Shown here: piece after piece, positions 1 through 12,300 of the stretch
Layout: each line of letters starts with the position of its first letter
How positions within the stretch are numbered: position 1 is the stretch's first letter
Origin: an uncultured Flavobacteriaceae bacterium
Lineage (GTDB): Bacteria > Bacteroidota > Bacteroidia > Flavobacteriales > Flavobacteriaceae
Assembly: GCA_947501845.1 (NCBI GenBank)
Contig: CANMXP010000007.1
Location: forward strand, 151,381 to 215,380
Length of the DNA stretch: 64,000 nt
Reading direction: 5' to 3'
Position numbers and translations under genes: made by a program
Notes under the pieces: model-generated
What the model was told of the DNA's origin: nothing
Databases searched by the model: none
Seen by the model: the letters and a program-made list of their open reading frames with translations, nothing else

Positions 1-3000
1 CTTAAAAGGCTTTGGAATATAAGCGTCTGCTCCAGACTCTAAACCTTTTATACGATGCTCTACTGAATTTAAAGCTGTGAGCAAAATAATAGGAATATGA
101 CTTGTTCGAATATTTGTTTTTAGACTGTGACAAAATTCAACACCATCCATCTCGGGCATCAATACATCACTAATGATGATATCTGGCATTTCTTTTAGAG
201 CTATATTCAAAGCCTCTTTACCATTTTCTGCTTCAAATATACTATAGCCTTTAACAAACCCTTCTTTTACCAGTTCTCTTATTTCTTCATTGTCATCAAC
301 GATTAGTATGCTATTTTTAAATGTACTTTCTAATTGGTCTTTATCCTGCTCTTCATTTACATAATCTAAATCCATATCCTGTTCACTTAGGGGATCTGGC
401 ACGGTCATTTCTATTATTTCTTCTGGAAGTAAATGAGCATTGCCCAAGGGCAGTTTTATCATAAAACTAGTACCTTCACCTTTTTCAGATTCTACTTCTA
501 TCACTCCATGATGCAGATCAACTAAATCTTTTGTTATTGCTAAACCTATACCTGATCCTTTATTGGCGGATCCCCTTTTAGGCTTATTCACTTGATAAAA
601 ACGCTGAAAAACATAAGGTAATTGATTTTTATCTATACCATTTCCATTATCCTTAACTTCTATTTGTAGGTACTGTGTTTTTATATCTCTATCAACTATA
701 TAAAGCTCATCATTATCTTTAGGTTTACTTACTCTAACTGTAATCTGTCCTCCTGATGGCGTAAATTTAATGGCATTATATATTAAATTATTGAGGATTT
801 TTTCCAATTTATCCCAATCAAACCAAGCATCTGCTGAATATAATTCACTTTCAAAAGAAAGATTAATTTCGTTTTTCTTTGCTGATGCTCTAAATGAAAA
901 TGTAATTTCCCTAATAAAATTTATAATATTGGCTTTTGTAGTTCCTAACTTGGTTTCTCCTACTTCTATCTTTCTAAACTCCATAAGTTGGTGCACCAAT
1001 CTTAATAACGAATTAGCATTTCGCTGTACTATTTTTAATTTTGACTGTATTGATAAACTATCTCCAACAGATTCTAAAAGTTCTTCTATAGGATTAAGTA
1101 TAAGTGTTATAGGGGTTTTGAATTCATGAGATATATTAGTGAAAAACTGAAGTTTTAATTTATTCACTTCTTCAATTTCTTTTTGTACTTGAAGTGTTGC
1201 GCGTTGTTGAGAACGTAAATTAAGATAAGATTGAACGCCCCATAAAACACCTAAGATTAAAAAACCATATATTAGGTAAGCCCACCAAGTTAACCAAAAA
1301 GGTGGATGTATACTCAATTTTATATTTGCTGAATCTTCATTCCATAATCCATCATTATTAGATGCTTTGACTTTGAACGTATAATTACCTGGCGATAGAT
1401 TTGTATAATGTGCAAAGGGCAACTTTTTAGAATCAACCCAATCCTTATCAAATCCTTCTAGTTTAAATTTAAATCTGTTTTTCTCTGGGGCTGCAAAATG
1501 TAATGCAGCAAATTCAAATGTTAATGTGTTTTCATGATACTTTAAATCTATTGGTTTTGAAATCAATGATATGGTTTTATCAAATAAAATTCTACCATTA
1601 TATTTTTCTCCTATGTTTATGTCTTCATTTTTTATTTTAAAACCTGTTAATTTTACAGGTGCAGGAATGTCATTTTCTTTTAAATGATTGGGATTAAATA
1701 TATTTAACCCTCTTAAACCTCCAAAAAACAAATAACCGTCGTTGTTTTTATAGTAAGCATTCATCCTAAAATTATTACTCTGTAACCCGTCGTCTTTACT
1801 GAAATTTTGAAAAGTCTCGGTTTTAGGGTTAAAATGAGAAATCCCATCGTCTGTACTTATCCATAAATCACCATTATTGTCTTCTAAAATGCCGTATACG
1901 GCATTATTTGCCAATCCATCTTCCTCGGTAAAATGTTTAAAAACTGGGTCTGTATTACCTATGGAAGATAAAGTCATTTTGTTTAAACCACCTCCAAATG
2001 TACCTATCCAAAAATTGCCTTCTCTATCTTCAAGTATTGAAAAAACCGAATTGTGACTTAATGTGTTAGGGTTATTTGGATCATGTTGATAGGAAACAAA
2101 TTGATCGTGTTGGCTATCTGCACTAGGTACAATTAAATTTAAACCACCTTGTAATGTCCCAACCCATATACTCCCATTTTTATCTTCATAAAGGCAGCTA
2201 ACCTCTTTTGCACTAATGCTATATTTATCATTACTATCTGGCAAATAATGTACCCGATTAGAAAAATCGAACTCATTACTATTATCTTTTTTAGTCTTTG
2301 TCCATTTTACCAATCCATCTATTAATGATCCAAACCATAAAACGCCATTTCTATCTTGTAAAGAAGAAAAAACTTCTAACATGTCAAGCTCGGTTAAATT
2401 AGAGGAAATCTTTTCTGATTTATAATCTTGGCGCATATGAACAATACCATCGGTAGTACCTAACCAATAATCTGCATCACTGTCTTTTAAGATAGACCAT
2501 ATATGTTCTTGTGCTCTTTGATTTGATTTGGAACCATCACTATTAAAGTAAAAATGCTTAAACGTTGGAGCTTTATAACTACCATCTTTAAAGATAACTT
2601 TGTTCAATCCATCTTGTGTTCCTACCCAGAAACTATTATCATTTTCTTTAGCAATGACATTAACAGAAGAGTTACTCAAAGAATTCTCAGAAAGCACCTT
2701 TTCATTAAAAAAAAGAAACTCTTTTTGCTTTAAATCACATTTATTCAACCCACCTTCTTCTGTTCCTACCCAAAGTACATTAGTGTTGTCAATTAGTATG
2801 GATTCTATGTTATTACTACTTATGCTTTCTGGTTTCGAAGGATCATGCACATAAGCACTATACTTGCATGTTTTCGGGTTAAAAACATAAAGCCCAAAAC
2901 CATGAATTCCAAATAATAGATTTCCATCTTTTCCTTCAAACATTGTAAGTAAACCTCCAGATTCATCAGTATCAGATTTGGCTGTATCAATTCTATATTC

Positions 3001-3807
3001 TTCGAAGTTTTTTTGGTTTTTTGGTGTAAACTTTTCTGGATCAGTAATTTTTATTAGTTTATGCCCTACTTTTGACGCCCAAAGGGTTCCTTTTTTGTCT
3101 ACAAATAGCAACTTGATACTTTCCTTTATTTTTTCAAAATGAAGAAACTCTGCAATTCCATTTTTAAAAATTATTTTATTTAAACCTTTTAGGGTTCCTG
3201 CCCACAAATTACCTGATTTATCCTTAACAATAGAATGTATCTGATTGCTGTTTATACTTGTCTCATGATTAGGTTTGTGTATATAGTTTATAGGGTTTTC
3301 TCCTATAACATCTGTACTATTAAAATAATATAAACCAGAATGCAATGTGCCTACCCATAATCCACCATTCAATTCGGGGTAAATAGCAGTGATTCTTGCA
3401 TTTTGTAAAACTATAGGGTATGTTGAAAAAGTTTGAGTAAGTCTATTGTATTTACTTACCCCCTTACCTGTACCTATCAATATATTTCCTTCAACATCAA
3501 GTTCCAACTCATATACCGAGTTGCTTACTAAACTATTTGGATTATTAAATTGATGTCTAAAAACAGTAAACTGCTGTCCGTCATACTTATATAATCCATT
3601 AAGTGTACCTATCCATATATAACCATCTAAATCTTGAAGAACCTTCATCACAGAGTTTTGAGTAAACCCTTTCTCATCAATAAAGTGTTCAAACTTTAAA
3701 TCCATATTTTGCGCATGAAATACCCTAGTACTACTAACACCGAAAACGATTAGTATTAACAATATATATTTTCTAATTGGGAATCCTAAAAAATTATTTT
3801 TATGCAT
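1..3807 (-). CDS. Hybrid two-component system sensor histidine kinase/response regulator (HTCS). N-terminus at 3807; the C-terminal part runs off the window start (an AraC-type HTH tail is expected by family analogy). Contains beta-propeller (Reg_prop / Y_Y_Y) repeats, a TM segment, HisKA, HATPase_c and a receiver domain
   Basis: Manual translation of the minus strand from ATG at 3805-3807 gives MHKNNFLGFP... It shows repeated 'LW(V/I)GT..GL' propeller motifs, an H-box (FFTNISHEFKTPITLI), a G-box and a receiver (IIISDVLMPEMDG...PFK). The ORF track did not list it because it is open at the window edge. Confidence 0.85.
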   Translation of the reverse strand, partial: MHKNNFLGFPIRKYILLILIVFGVSSTRVFHAQNMDLKFEHFIDEKGFTQNSVMKVLQDLDGYIWIGTLNGLYKYDGQQFTVFRHQFNNPNSLVSNSVYELELDVEGNILIGTGKGVSKYNRLTQTFSTYPIVLQNARITAIYPELNGGLWVGTLHSGLYYFNSTDVIGENPINYIHKPNHETSINSNQIHSIVKDKSGNLWAGTLKGLNKIIFKNGIAEFLHFEKIKESIKLLFVDKKGTLWASKVGHKLIKITDPEKFTPKNQKNFEEYRIDTAKSDTDESGGLLTMFEGKDGNLLFGIHGFGLYVFNPKTCKYSAYVHDPSKPESISSNNIESILIDNTNVLWVGTEEGGLNKCDLKQKEFLFFNEKVLSENSLSNSSVNVIAKENDNSFWVGTQDGLNKVIFKDGSYKAPTFKHFYFNSDGSKSNQRAQEHIWSILKDSDADYWLGTTDGIVHMRQDYKSEKISSNLTELDMLEVFSSLQDRNGVLWFGSLIDGLVKWTKTKKDNSNEFDFSNRVHYLPDSNDKYSISAKEVSCLYEDKNGSIWVGTLQGGLNLIVPSADSQHDQFVSYQHDPNNPNTLSHNSVFSILEDREGNFWIGTFGGGLNKMTLSSIGNTDPVFKHFTEEDGLANNAVYGILEDNNGDLWISTDDGISHFNPKTETFQNFSKDDGLQSNNFRMNAYYKNNDGYLFFGGLRGLNIFNPNHLKENDIPAPVKLTGFKIKNEDINIGEKYNGRILFDKTISLISKPIDLKYHENTLTFEFAALHFAAPEKNRFKFKLEGFDKDWVDSKKLPFAHYTNLSPGNYTFKVKASNNDGLWNEDSANIKLSIHPPFWLTWWAYLIYGFLILGVLWGVQSYLNLRSQQRATLQVQKEIEEVNKLKLQFFTNISHEFKTPITLILNPIEELLESVGDSLSIQSKLKIVQRNANSLLRLVHQLMEFRKIEVGETKLGTTKANIINFIREITFSFRASAKKNEINLSFESELYSADAWFDWDKLEKILNNLIYNAIKFTPSGGQITVRVSKPKDNDELYIVDRDIKTQYLQIEVKDNGNGIDKNQLPYVFQRFYQVNKPKRGSANKGSGIGLAITKDLVDLHHGVIEVESEKGEGTSFMIKLPLGNAHLLPEEIIEMTVPDPLSEQDMDLDYVNEEQDKDQLESTFKNSILIVDDNEEIRELVKEGFVKGYSIFEAENGKEALNIALKEMPDIIISDVLMPEMDGVEFCHSLKTNIRTSHIPIILLTALNSVEHRIKGLESGADAYIPKPFK

Positions 3808-4061
3808 AATTATGGTAAATTAATTTAGCTAAAAAAGGAGTTAACGGTCCAATTACCTATAAATCAATAATAGGGACATCATACAAGTTAAAAAATTAAC
3901 TTTACTAAAACTAATAGCTTAGTTTATATTTTATAGAGAAGTAATTTTCAATATAACTCTTTAATCCGTTTAAATATGAAAGTAAAACGGCAATTATCTA
4001 TTATAGAATAATCGCCGTTTACAACTAAACAATTAAAAATAATTGTGACTAATTCAACAAA

Positions 4062-5813
4062 CTAATATTGTGGATCCTGAGTAAGGACACCCTGTTGAAG
4101 GTCAATCTGTGCCTGAGGCACAGGGAAATGATCATCCTGCCCTGCAGTATAGACCGCTCCTTGAATCCAAGGTAGTTTACTATCAGACAACTCAGAATCT
4201 AAATAATTATTAATGACTTCTGCATCAATGCCCCAACGTACTAAATCTTGGAAACGCATTCCTTCTAATGCAAATTCTAAACGTGTTTCATGACGTACAG
4301 CTTTTCTAGCATAATCTTGATCTGGAAAAGATGTATACAACCCTAAGTTATAGTTTGCCGCAGGCTGATTTTCATCAATTACTATAGGATCTGAAGAACC
4401 AAACGTTGTATTGGCTACTCTACCCATTACGATATCATCTTGAGCTCTTTCACGTATCATATTAACCATATCTCTTGCTGTCACCAAATCATTCTCTTCA
4501 GCTGCAACTTCAGCTCTCCATAATATAATATGGCTTAACCTTAGTAGTCTCCAATTGTTTCCGTTCAAACCAGCAGACCATGTTGGCGTAGCAACAGAAA
4601 TTACTCTAAAGTTTCTTTTCCAAAACATATTCTTTTTATTCAAGAATGGTCCCATACCAGCTTGGTCAAGCATCCAATCACCACCACTCATTGGTCCCCA
4701 ATCTAAAAATGGAATACCGCGTCTAGCAATTGTCCAATCAACTCTAGGATCAAGTAATTCGTCAGTAGCTGTAAATGGATCTGTATCTAACAATCCATAA
4801 TCCTCTAACAATAAGTCATCCTGAAAAGTATCTAATAATGGTAATCCATTAGCATCAACTTTAAAAGCATTAAACAAATCGAAACTAGGTGCACTATACG
4901 CACAGCATAAACCAATATCTGATCCTCTAGGGAATAATGTTCTATGATCTGTACCAGCATTATGGTCTCCAGCTCCATCATTTACTGTGTATTGTACTTC
5001 AAAAATACTTTCAGCATTATTTTGCTTTTCTTCATCATGATTGTCATAAAAATGATCCATTAAAACAAATGGTCCATTATTTAATATATCGTCTAATATA
5101 GGTTTCGCTTGAGCAAATTCATTTTGGAACATATGAACTCTAGCTTTAAGTGCTTTAGCAGCCCAACGAGAAGCGCGTCCAACATCTGAAGGCGTTTCAT
5201 CCATATTATTATCGATACCCCACTGTAAATCAGCTTCAATGTCATCCCAAATTTCTCTGTCATTAGAAACTTCTCTAGCAACGACATCCTCAGTTATGAA
5301 AGGCACTTTTTCAATTTTGCTTCTTAATTGAAAATGAAACCATGCTCTTAACCATCTGGCCTCAGCCTCTAATTGTGTTGCTTTTTCTGGAGTTATTCTG
5401 TCTCCTGCATTTCTTATTACACGTAAAACGTCATTGGCTCTAGCAACACCATCAAAATTACCTCGCCACAATTCATCAACCCAAGGGTTTGTTGGATCTA
5501 CTTCATAACGTTCTATCAAGTTAATTGGAGCCCAACCACCCGTTTGATCTCCTCTATGCATATCATCTGAAGTAACATCTCCCCACACCCAATTGGTAGC
5601 CGATGCACCACCTGTGCCTCCAGCTCCACCTTGGGAATAACCGTCAATTAATGAATAAGCTCCTATAAGAACCAAATCTGCACCTGCTTCATCTGCAAGG
5701 GTCTCTGGAGTAACTACTCCATTAGGAAAATCTGTAATAAAATCTTCTCCACAAGAACTAAAAACAATTCCCAGAACTGTTAGTAGACTTATTTTTATAT
5801 ACCATTTTTTCAT
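4062..5813 (-). CDS. SusD/RagB-family outer-membrane nutrient-binding lipoprotein
   Basis: 583 aa. Lipoprotein signal (…VFSSCGED). Typical size and position immediately downstream of a SusC-like gene. Confidence 0.8.
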   Translation of the reverse strand: MKKWYIKISLLTVLGIVFSSCGEDFITDFPNGVVTPETLADEAGADLVLIGAYSLIDGYSQGGAGGTGGASATNWVWGDVTSDDMHRGDQTGGWAPINLIERYEVDPTNPWVDELWRGNFDGVARANDVLRVIRNAGDRITPEKATQLEAEARWLRAWFHFQLRSKIEKVPFITEDVVAREVSNDREIWDDIEADLQWGIDNNMDETPSDVGRASRWAAKALKARVHMFQNEFAQAKPILDDILNNGPFVLMDHFYDNHDEEKQNNAESIFEVQYTVNDGAGDHNAGTDHRTLFPRGSDIGLCCAYSAPSFDLFNAFKVDANGLPLLDTFQDDLLLEDYGLLDTDPFTATDELLDPRVDWTIARRGIPFLDWGPMSGGDWMLDQAGMGPFLNKKNMFWKRNFRVISVATPTWSAGLNGNNWRLLRLSHIILWRAEVAAEENDLVTARDMVNMIRERAQDDIVMGRVANTTFGSSDPIVIDENQPAANYNLGLYTSFPDQDYARKAVRHETRLEFALEGMRFQDLVRWGIDAEVINNYLDSELSDSKLPWIQGAVYTAGQDDHFPVPQAQIDLQQGVLTQDPQY

Positions 5814-5831
5814 ATCTTAATTTTTTTTGTT

Positions 5832-8800
5832 TTACATACTAATATTAACACCAAAAATAAACTGTTTTGGTTGTGGCCAAGTTCCAAGGTCGAAACCTCT
5901 ATCTATTTCAGTTAAAGGGAATGTTGGAGGCGCAATTTCTACGTCTAAACCTGAATAATTATCGAACAATGTAATTAAGTTCGTTCCCATTATATATAGT
6001 CTCATTTGTGATAAACCAAATTTATCTAATATAGTATCTGGTACATTGAAACCAATTTGGATGTTTTTCATTCTTAAGAACGAACCATCTTCTATCAAAT
6101 CTGAATGTGTATTTTGTTCAAAGCTAGTAGTACTTGATGCTTTTGGTAAAACAGCATCAGCATTATTATCTAAATAAGGACTACCCCAAGAACGGAATAA
6201 ACGATCTGCAGATTTAGGACCTTGGAATAAACCATAACGTGTAAACCTGTTATAATAGTTAATTAAATCGTTACCTACACTTGTGTACCAAATCATTGAT
6301 AGATCAAAATTTTTGTATTCGAACCCAAGGTTTAAACCTGCTGTAAAATCTGGATGAGGATTACCAATCCAAGTACGATCGTCTGCAGTAATTTCACCAT
6401 CTCCGTCTACATCTCTAATTTTTAAGTTACCTGGCTCGTTATAAGTTCCATTAGTTGGGTGGTTATCTGCTTCAGCTTGAGTTTGAAAAATACCATCTAC
6501 AACATAACCGAAAAATTCTGGAAATGCTCTTCCAACCTGAGCACGTGTATAAACCTGGCTACGTTGGCTTCTTCCTGTAAGGAATTCGTCATCATTACCA
6601 GAAAACTTCAACACTTTATTTTTGTATGTAGACACATTTAATCCTACACTATAACTAAAGTCATTTGAAACTTGTTTATTAAAGTTTAACTCCACATCAA
6701 GTCCTTTGTTCTCTATATCACCAATGTTAATAAATGGTGCTCTGGCTATACCTTCAACATCTGGAATAGCAACTTGGAATAATAAATCACTTGTTTTTTT
6801 CTTCCAAAAATCAACACTTAAATTCAAGCCAAAAGCCAATGTAGCATCAATACCAAAGTTAGTAGATTGTGTTGTTTCCCAAACCGCATCTGGGTTTCCT
6901 TTTGAAGTTGACTGATATCCTAAAGAAATAGTATTATCTCCTCCTGCAATACCATAGTATGAATTTCCTAAACCTGAACCAAAACCGTCATATCCGTTAA
7001 GACTTCCTCCTACATTATCGTTACCAGATTCACCCCAACCTGCTCTTAACTTTAATTGACGTAACCAATTGCTTGTACCTTCCATAAATGATTCATTAGA
7101 TATTACCCAACCTGCAGAAACTGCTGGAAAAACTGCATACTTGTTTGCCGCCAAAAAGTTTGAAGAACCATCACGACGAACTGTTCCCTCTATCATATAC
7201 TTATCGTCATAAGAATAAAATAATCTTGAAAACAGAGAAAACACAGCCCCTTCAGAAGAAGAAGAACTGTTTGTAACATCAGAAGCTCCTGAGCTTAATT
7301 CATAAAAATCTTCATTTGTAGAAATAAAACCTGCTCGTCCTGCTTGAATTTGATCAAACTCATTTTGAGTTGCCTCAGCACCTAATAATATATCAAAATT
7401 ATGCTTTTCAGCTATAGTTTTTGAATAGCTTAAAGTATTAGACCAGTTCCATGTCAAGAAATTAGATCGTGTTTCTGTCAACGTATTCACTGTAGTTCCA
7501 TTAGTGTTTTCTGGATCTCCAAATCTTGGATCGTGATTACTGAACCAATTCATATTGTAACCGAAAAGTGTTTTAACACTTAAATCTTTAATAGGTTTTA
7601 CCTCAAGATAGAAATTACCAGTTACATTTAAGGTTTTTCTTAAATCTCTTCGTTGTCTAAAGTTGTTACCAAGTGGATTTGGACCATCATTTAAGTTTCC
7701 TCCTACGACACCACCTGCATAATTACCAGCTACATCAAACACAGGTATTAAAGGGCTTGTCTCTACAATAGCATTAAAACCTACAGTATTACCTTTACTT
7801 TCACTTAAAGTAGCTCCTAAACGCTGACCAATAGTTAACCAATCTGTCAATTCAGAATCTACATTACTTCTAAAAGCATATCTTTTAAATCCGTTATACT
7901 TAAACACACCTTCTTCACTAAAGAAGTTAGCACTCATAGCATACGATGTCTTCGCTGAACCTCCACTAACAGAAATAGTATAATCTTGCAATAAAGCAGG
8001 TCTATATAACTCTTCTAACCAATCGGTACCATTTTGATTAGTTAAAGTAATTGGATAATTTCTTTCTTCATATAAAGAAGGATCTGTAGATGGGTCTCCA
8101 ATAGAAGCACCATTAGGGAACAAATAATCATTAACCCTAGTAGCTGAAATATTATTAGGATCAAACTGAAAATGAGCATGAGATGGTGTAATACCGTCAT
8201 TGGTTTGTTCTAACCATATCATTTGACCTATTAAATTAGGATCTGTTACTAAATCATATTTAGCATTGTTAATACCAACACCAGTTCTTACATTAAATTC
8301 AAACTTAGCAGCTTGCTCTTTTCTACCTGTTTTGGTCTTAACCAAAATTACACCACTAGCTCCTCTGGCTCCATAAATAGCTGTAGAAGAAGCATCTTTT
8401 AAAACTTGTATAGTCTCTATTTGTGTTGGAGGTGGTAAAGCCGCACCAATAACTCCATCTACTACGTATAATGGATTATTACCATTAATACTTCCAATAC
8501 CACGAATCCTTACTTGAGCTTGTTGCCCCGGTCTTGCAGATGCAACAACAGTTACACCAGAAGCACTACCTTGTAACGCTCTAGTCGCATCTCCACTTGG
8601 TTGTTGATCTAAAAAGTCTTTGTCAACCTTACTCATGGCACTAACAACATTTGTTTTCTTTCTTGATCCATAACCAATTAAAACAACCTCATCTAAAGAC
8701 TGAGCATCTTCAACTAGAGCTACATTAATTGTTGTATTAGAACCAACTGTAATCTCTTTAGTAATAAATCCTGTATAAGAGACTACTAATACCTCTCCTG

Positions 8801-8999
8801 CATCTACAGAGATTGTATACTTTCCATCAAAATCTGTATATGCTCCTTTACTGGTTCCTTTCACCAAAACATTGGCTCCTGCTAAAGGTTCATTAGATTC
8901 GTCTGTAACTGTACCTGTTACATTAACTGTTTGTGCTTGTAACAAAAAAGCACTTAAAAGAAAGAATAACAATAACCCTTTCTTCTTGCCCAAAAACAT
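5832..8999 (-). CDS. SusC/RagA-family TonB-dependent outer-membrane transporter
   Basis: CarbopepD_reg-like N-domain (VNVTGTVTDESNEPLAGANVLVKGT...TDFDGKYTI). Plug motifs (VLIGYGSRKK, IRGIGSINGNNPLYVVDGV, VLKDASSTAIYGARGASGVILVKTK). Long barrel ending in an aromatic-rich C-terminus. Start placed at the internal Met (MFLGKKKG..., ATG at 8997-8999), which gives a plausible signal peptide. The ORF track start is 9041. Confidence 0.88.
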   Translation of the reverse strand: MFLGKKKGLLLFFLLSAFLLQAQTVNVTGTVTDESNEPLAGANVLVKGTSKGAYTDFDGKYTISVDAGEVLVVSYTGFITKEITVGSNTTINVALVEDAQSLDEVVLIGYGSRKKTNVVSAMSKVDKDFLDQQPSGDATRALQGSASGVTVVASARPGQQAQVRIRGIGSINGNNPLYVVDGVIGAALPPPTQIETIQVLKDASSTAIYGARGASGVILVKTKTGRKEQAAKFEFNVRTGVGINNAKYDLVTDPNLIGQMIWLEQTNDGITPSHAHFQFDPNNISATRVNDYLFPNGASIGDPSTDPSLYEERNYPITLTNQNGTDWLEELYRPALLQDYTISVSGGSAKTSYAMSANFFSEEGVFKYNGFKRYAFRSNVDSELTDWLTIGQRLGATLSESKGNTVGFNAIVETSPLIPVFDVAGNYAGGVVGGNLNDGPNPLGNNFRQRRDLRKTLNVTGNFYLEVKPIKDLSVKTLFGYNMNWFSNHDPRFGDPENTNGTTVNTLTETRSNFLTWNWSNTLSYSKTIAEKHNFDILLGAEATQNEFDQIQAGRAGFISTNEDFYELSSGASDVTNSSSSSEGAVFSLFSRLFYSYDDKYMIEGTVRRDGSSNFLAANKYAVFPAVSAGWVISNESFMEGTSNWLRQLKLRAGWGESGNDNVGGSLNGYDGFGSGLGNSYYGIAGGDNTISLGYQSTSKGNPDAVWETTQSTNFGIDATLAFGLNLSVDFWKKKTSDLLFQVAIPDVEGIARAPFINIGDIENKGLDVELNFNKQVSNDFSYSVGLNVSTYKNKVLKFSGNDDEFLTGRSQRSQVYTRAQVGRAFPEFFGYVVDGIFQTQAEADNHPTNGTYNEPGNLKIRDVDGDGEITADDRTWIGNPHPDFTAGLNLGFEYKNFDLSMIWYTSVGNDLINYYNRFTRYGLFQGPKSADRLFRSWGSPYLDNNADAVLPKASSTTSFEQNTHSDLIEDGSFLRMKNIQIGFNVPDTILDKFGLSQMRLYIMGTNLITLFDNYSGLDVEIAPPTFPLTEIDRGFDLGTWPQPKQFIFGVNISM

Positions 9000-9371
9000 A
9001 AATCTGTCGAATAGGCATTTAAAAAAATAAATTTTCCTCATAATTTTAGTTTAGTTAATAATTTAGTTTTTCAAGACTTGTTTAGAAGTATTATTCACTT
9101 ATAAATAAAAGGTGCATAACACATGTCTTAGAATAGGTATGCAAATTACACCTTAAGCATACTTCAAGGTGAGTAAACGGAATTCAACAAAGAGTAAAAA
9201 TCAATCAAAAACCACTTAAGATTCCATATTTATCAATGAATGAGCAAATAATTATTAACTTGGTCTTTTTTTAAGAGGTATTTTAAATATTTCTAAATAC
9301 AACTCTTAAATCCTATATTGTTTAAGCAATTAACATCTAGTATATTTTTAAAGAAAAAGATCTCATTTTTC

Positions 9372-12300
9372 ATGTTGAAAAAAATTTATGGCATTTTAAT
9401 TTTGGCTGTGTTAAGTACAAATTCTTGTACTAAAAACGCTCCGCCTATTTTGAGTGAATCGGATAAACATTTTAGTTTAATTAGCTCAAATCATACAGGA
9501 ATTACATTTTCAAATACCCTAATCGAAACCAAAGATGAAAACCACCTTATTAACGAGAATTTTGTAAACGGGGCTGGTGTTGCTATTGGAGATATTAATA
9601 ATGACGGATTACCTGATATTTATTTTTCGGGAAATCAAGTTAAAGACAAATTATATTTAAACAAAGGACATTTAACTTTCGAGGACATTTCTTTAAAATC
9701 TGGAATAAACAATATTAATTCCTGGTCAACGGGTGTAACCTTTGCCGATGTGAACGCAGACGGCTATCAAGATATTTATGTTTGTAAAAATGTAAATCAA
9801 AAAAAAGGCAACAGCAGCAACCTCCTTTATATAAACAATGGCGATTTAAGTTTTACCGAAAGTGCTCAAGCCTATCGAATCAATGATCCTGGACATTCAA
9901 TTCAAGCCAATTTTTTTGATTTCAATAAAGATGGCTGGGTCGATTTATACCTAGTCAATCAGCCTCCTGGGTATGGAAATAGGTCCAGTGGACAAACACC
10001 ATTAAAATATGCAAATCCGCGTTTTAGTGATAAACTTTTTCTAAATCTGGGAGCAAACAAAGGCTTTGTTGAAATATCGCATATGGCTGGTACAAAAAAT
10101 TTGGCCCATGGACTATCAGCAAGTATTGGAGATATTAATAATGATAGTTGGCCCGATATATATATTACCAACGATTACGACAAACCAGATTATCTGTATG
10201 TAAATAATGGCAATAGGACTTTTAAAAATACCACTAATGAATCCTTTAAACATATTTCTAATTTTAGTATGGGAAGCGATATAGCCGATTTTGACAATGA
10301 TGGGCATCTGGATATTATGGTTGTAGATATGGTAGCCGAAGACCATAAACGTATAAAAACAAACATGGGCGGTATGAATCCTGAGGACTTTTGGGCAATA
10401 GTAGATAGGGGTTGGCACTACCAATACATGTTTAATACATTGCAAAAGAATAATGGCAACAATACCTTTAGTGATCTCGCACAAATTGCTGGGGTTTCAA
10501 ATACAGACTGGAGCTGGGGGCCACTAATTGCAGATTTTGATAATGACGGTCTCAAAGACATTTTTGTCACGAATGGTATTAAAAGAAATATGCGCTACAG
10601 TGATGTAAACAATAAATACGAAATAATTTTAGACAGTATTGAAATTGAAGCAAAAAAACAAAACAAAAGATTTCAAGATGTCGTTAATGTCTTGGCTCTA
10701 GCACAAATGGCTCCTGAAGACAAGCTAAATAATTACATTTATAAAAATAAGGGGAACTTAACTTTTGAAAACAAAATTGAAGATTGGGGGTTTGATTTAC
10801 CAACCTTATCAAATGGCGCCTGCTATGCCGATTTAGATTTAGATGGCGATTTAGATATCGTGATTAACAACATAGACAAAGAAGCATTTATATATAGAAA
10901 CAATACTGCCGAAAGAAACATAGGAAACTATATTAGGTTTAAATTAAAACCAAAAAACAACGCCAATATATATGGCGCAAGAGTTAATTTATATAAAAAT
11001 GACTCTTTATGGCAAATGGTTGAGCTTTCTAACAACAGAGGTTATATGTCTAAAAGTGAAGACATTGCTCATTTTGGAATTGGCGATGCTAATCAAGTTG
11101 AAAAAGCCGAAATTAAATGGCCCAATGGAGCAACCACTTTACTAGAAAATGTTAAAGGCAATCAAACAATTCTGGTTTCGTCTAGAAACATCACAGCTAA
11201 CCAATCTGCTTTTAAAGAGAAAAAAACTACCCCAATTTTTAAAGATATTATTCAAGACACCAAACTTTTACACAAACACAAAGAGAATGTTTATAATGAT
11301 TATCTAAAAGAAGTCTTGTTACCTCACAAAATGTCTCAATTTGGCCCTCATCTTTCTGTTGGAGATGTTAACAATGATAATTTAGAAGATTTTTTTATTG
11401 GCGGATCTGCAGGCTATTCAGGCGTATTATTTCTGCAAAAAGAAGATGGTACTTTTCTAGAAAAAAAAGATGGCGCTTGGACGCAAGATAAAGAAGCCGA
11501 AGATGCTGGAAGTACCTTTTTAGATGTAGATAATGACGGTGATTTAGATCTATTTGTAACCAGCGGTGGTAATGAATTCCCAGAAAACCATAGGCTTTTT
11601 CAAGACAGGTTATACATAAATAACGGTTTAGGTACTTTTAAAAAAGATAAAACTCGAGTCCCAAAATATCATATTAGTAGCTCTGTAGTTAAGCAAGCAG
11701 ACTATGATAATGATGGAGATGTAGACCTTTTTATAGGAGGTAGATTGACACCCCAAAAGTACCCCCATCCAGCAAATAGTAAATTACTTGAAAATAGAAA
11801 TGGTTCCTTTATAGATGTAACCAACACTATAATCCCAGACCTAAACAAACTTGGACTAACAACATCTGCAACATGGACTGATATTAACAATGACACTTTT
11901 TTAGATTTGGTTGTTACAGGAGAATGGATGCCTATCATAATTTTCATAAATAAAAATGGCTCTTTTGTAAGAAAGGAATTTGAAGGCCTTAAAAACACCG
12001 AAGGATGGTACTTTCATGTTACCAGTGCGGATATGGACAAAGACGGAGATAACGATCTTATTGTTGGAAACTTAGGTCTTAATTATAAGTACAAAGCTTC
12101 AAAAGATCACCCTTTTCAGGTTCACAGCTACGATTTTGATCAAAACGGTTCGAATGATATTGTTTTAAGCTATTATAACCATGGGCAAGTATACCCTGTA
12201 CGTGGCAGATCTTGTTCTCTTGAACAAATACCTTCTTTAGAAAAGAAATTTCCAAGTTTCGAATCTTTTGGAAACTCCAATTTAAAAGACATCTATGGTG

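Noticed and set aside
770-1129. Plus-strand ORFs 770-1129 and 2600-2854 inside the first 3.8 kb
   Set aside because: They lie antisense within the long, motif-rich minus-strand HTCS gene (HisKA/HATPase/receiver/propeller motifs read continuously on the minus strand). Spurious
4555-4800. Short ORFs nested or antisense within SusD/SusC (4555-4800+, 5093-5287-, 6459-6641+, 6706-6915+)
   Set aside because: Embedded in confidently called long genes. No independent signals
9959-10484. Minus-strand ORFs 9959-10171, 10116-10484, 11702-11998 and plus ORF 12313-12504 within or antisense to the ASPIC gene
   Set aside because: Antisense or low-complexity, overlapping a strongly supported CDS
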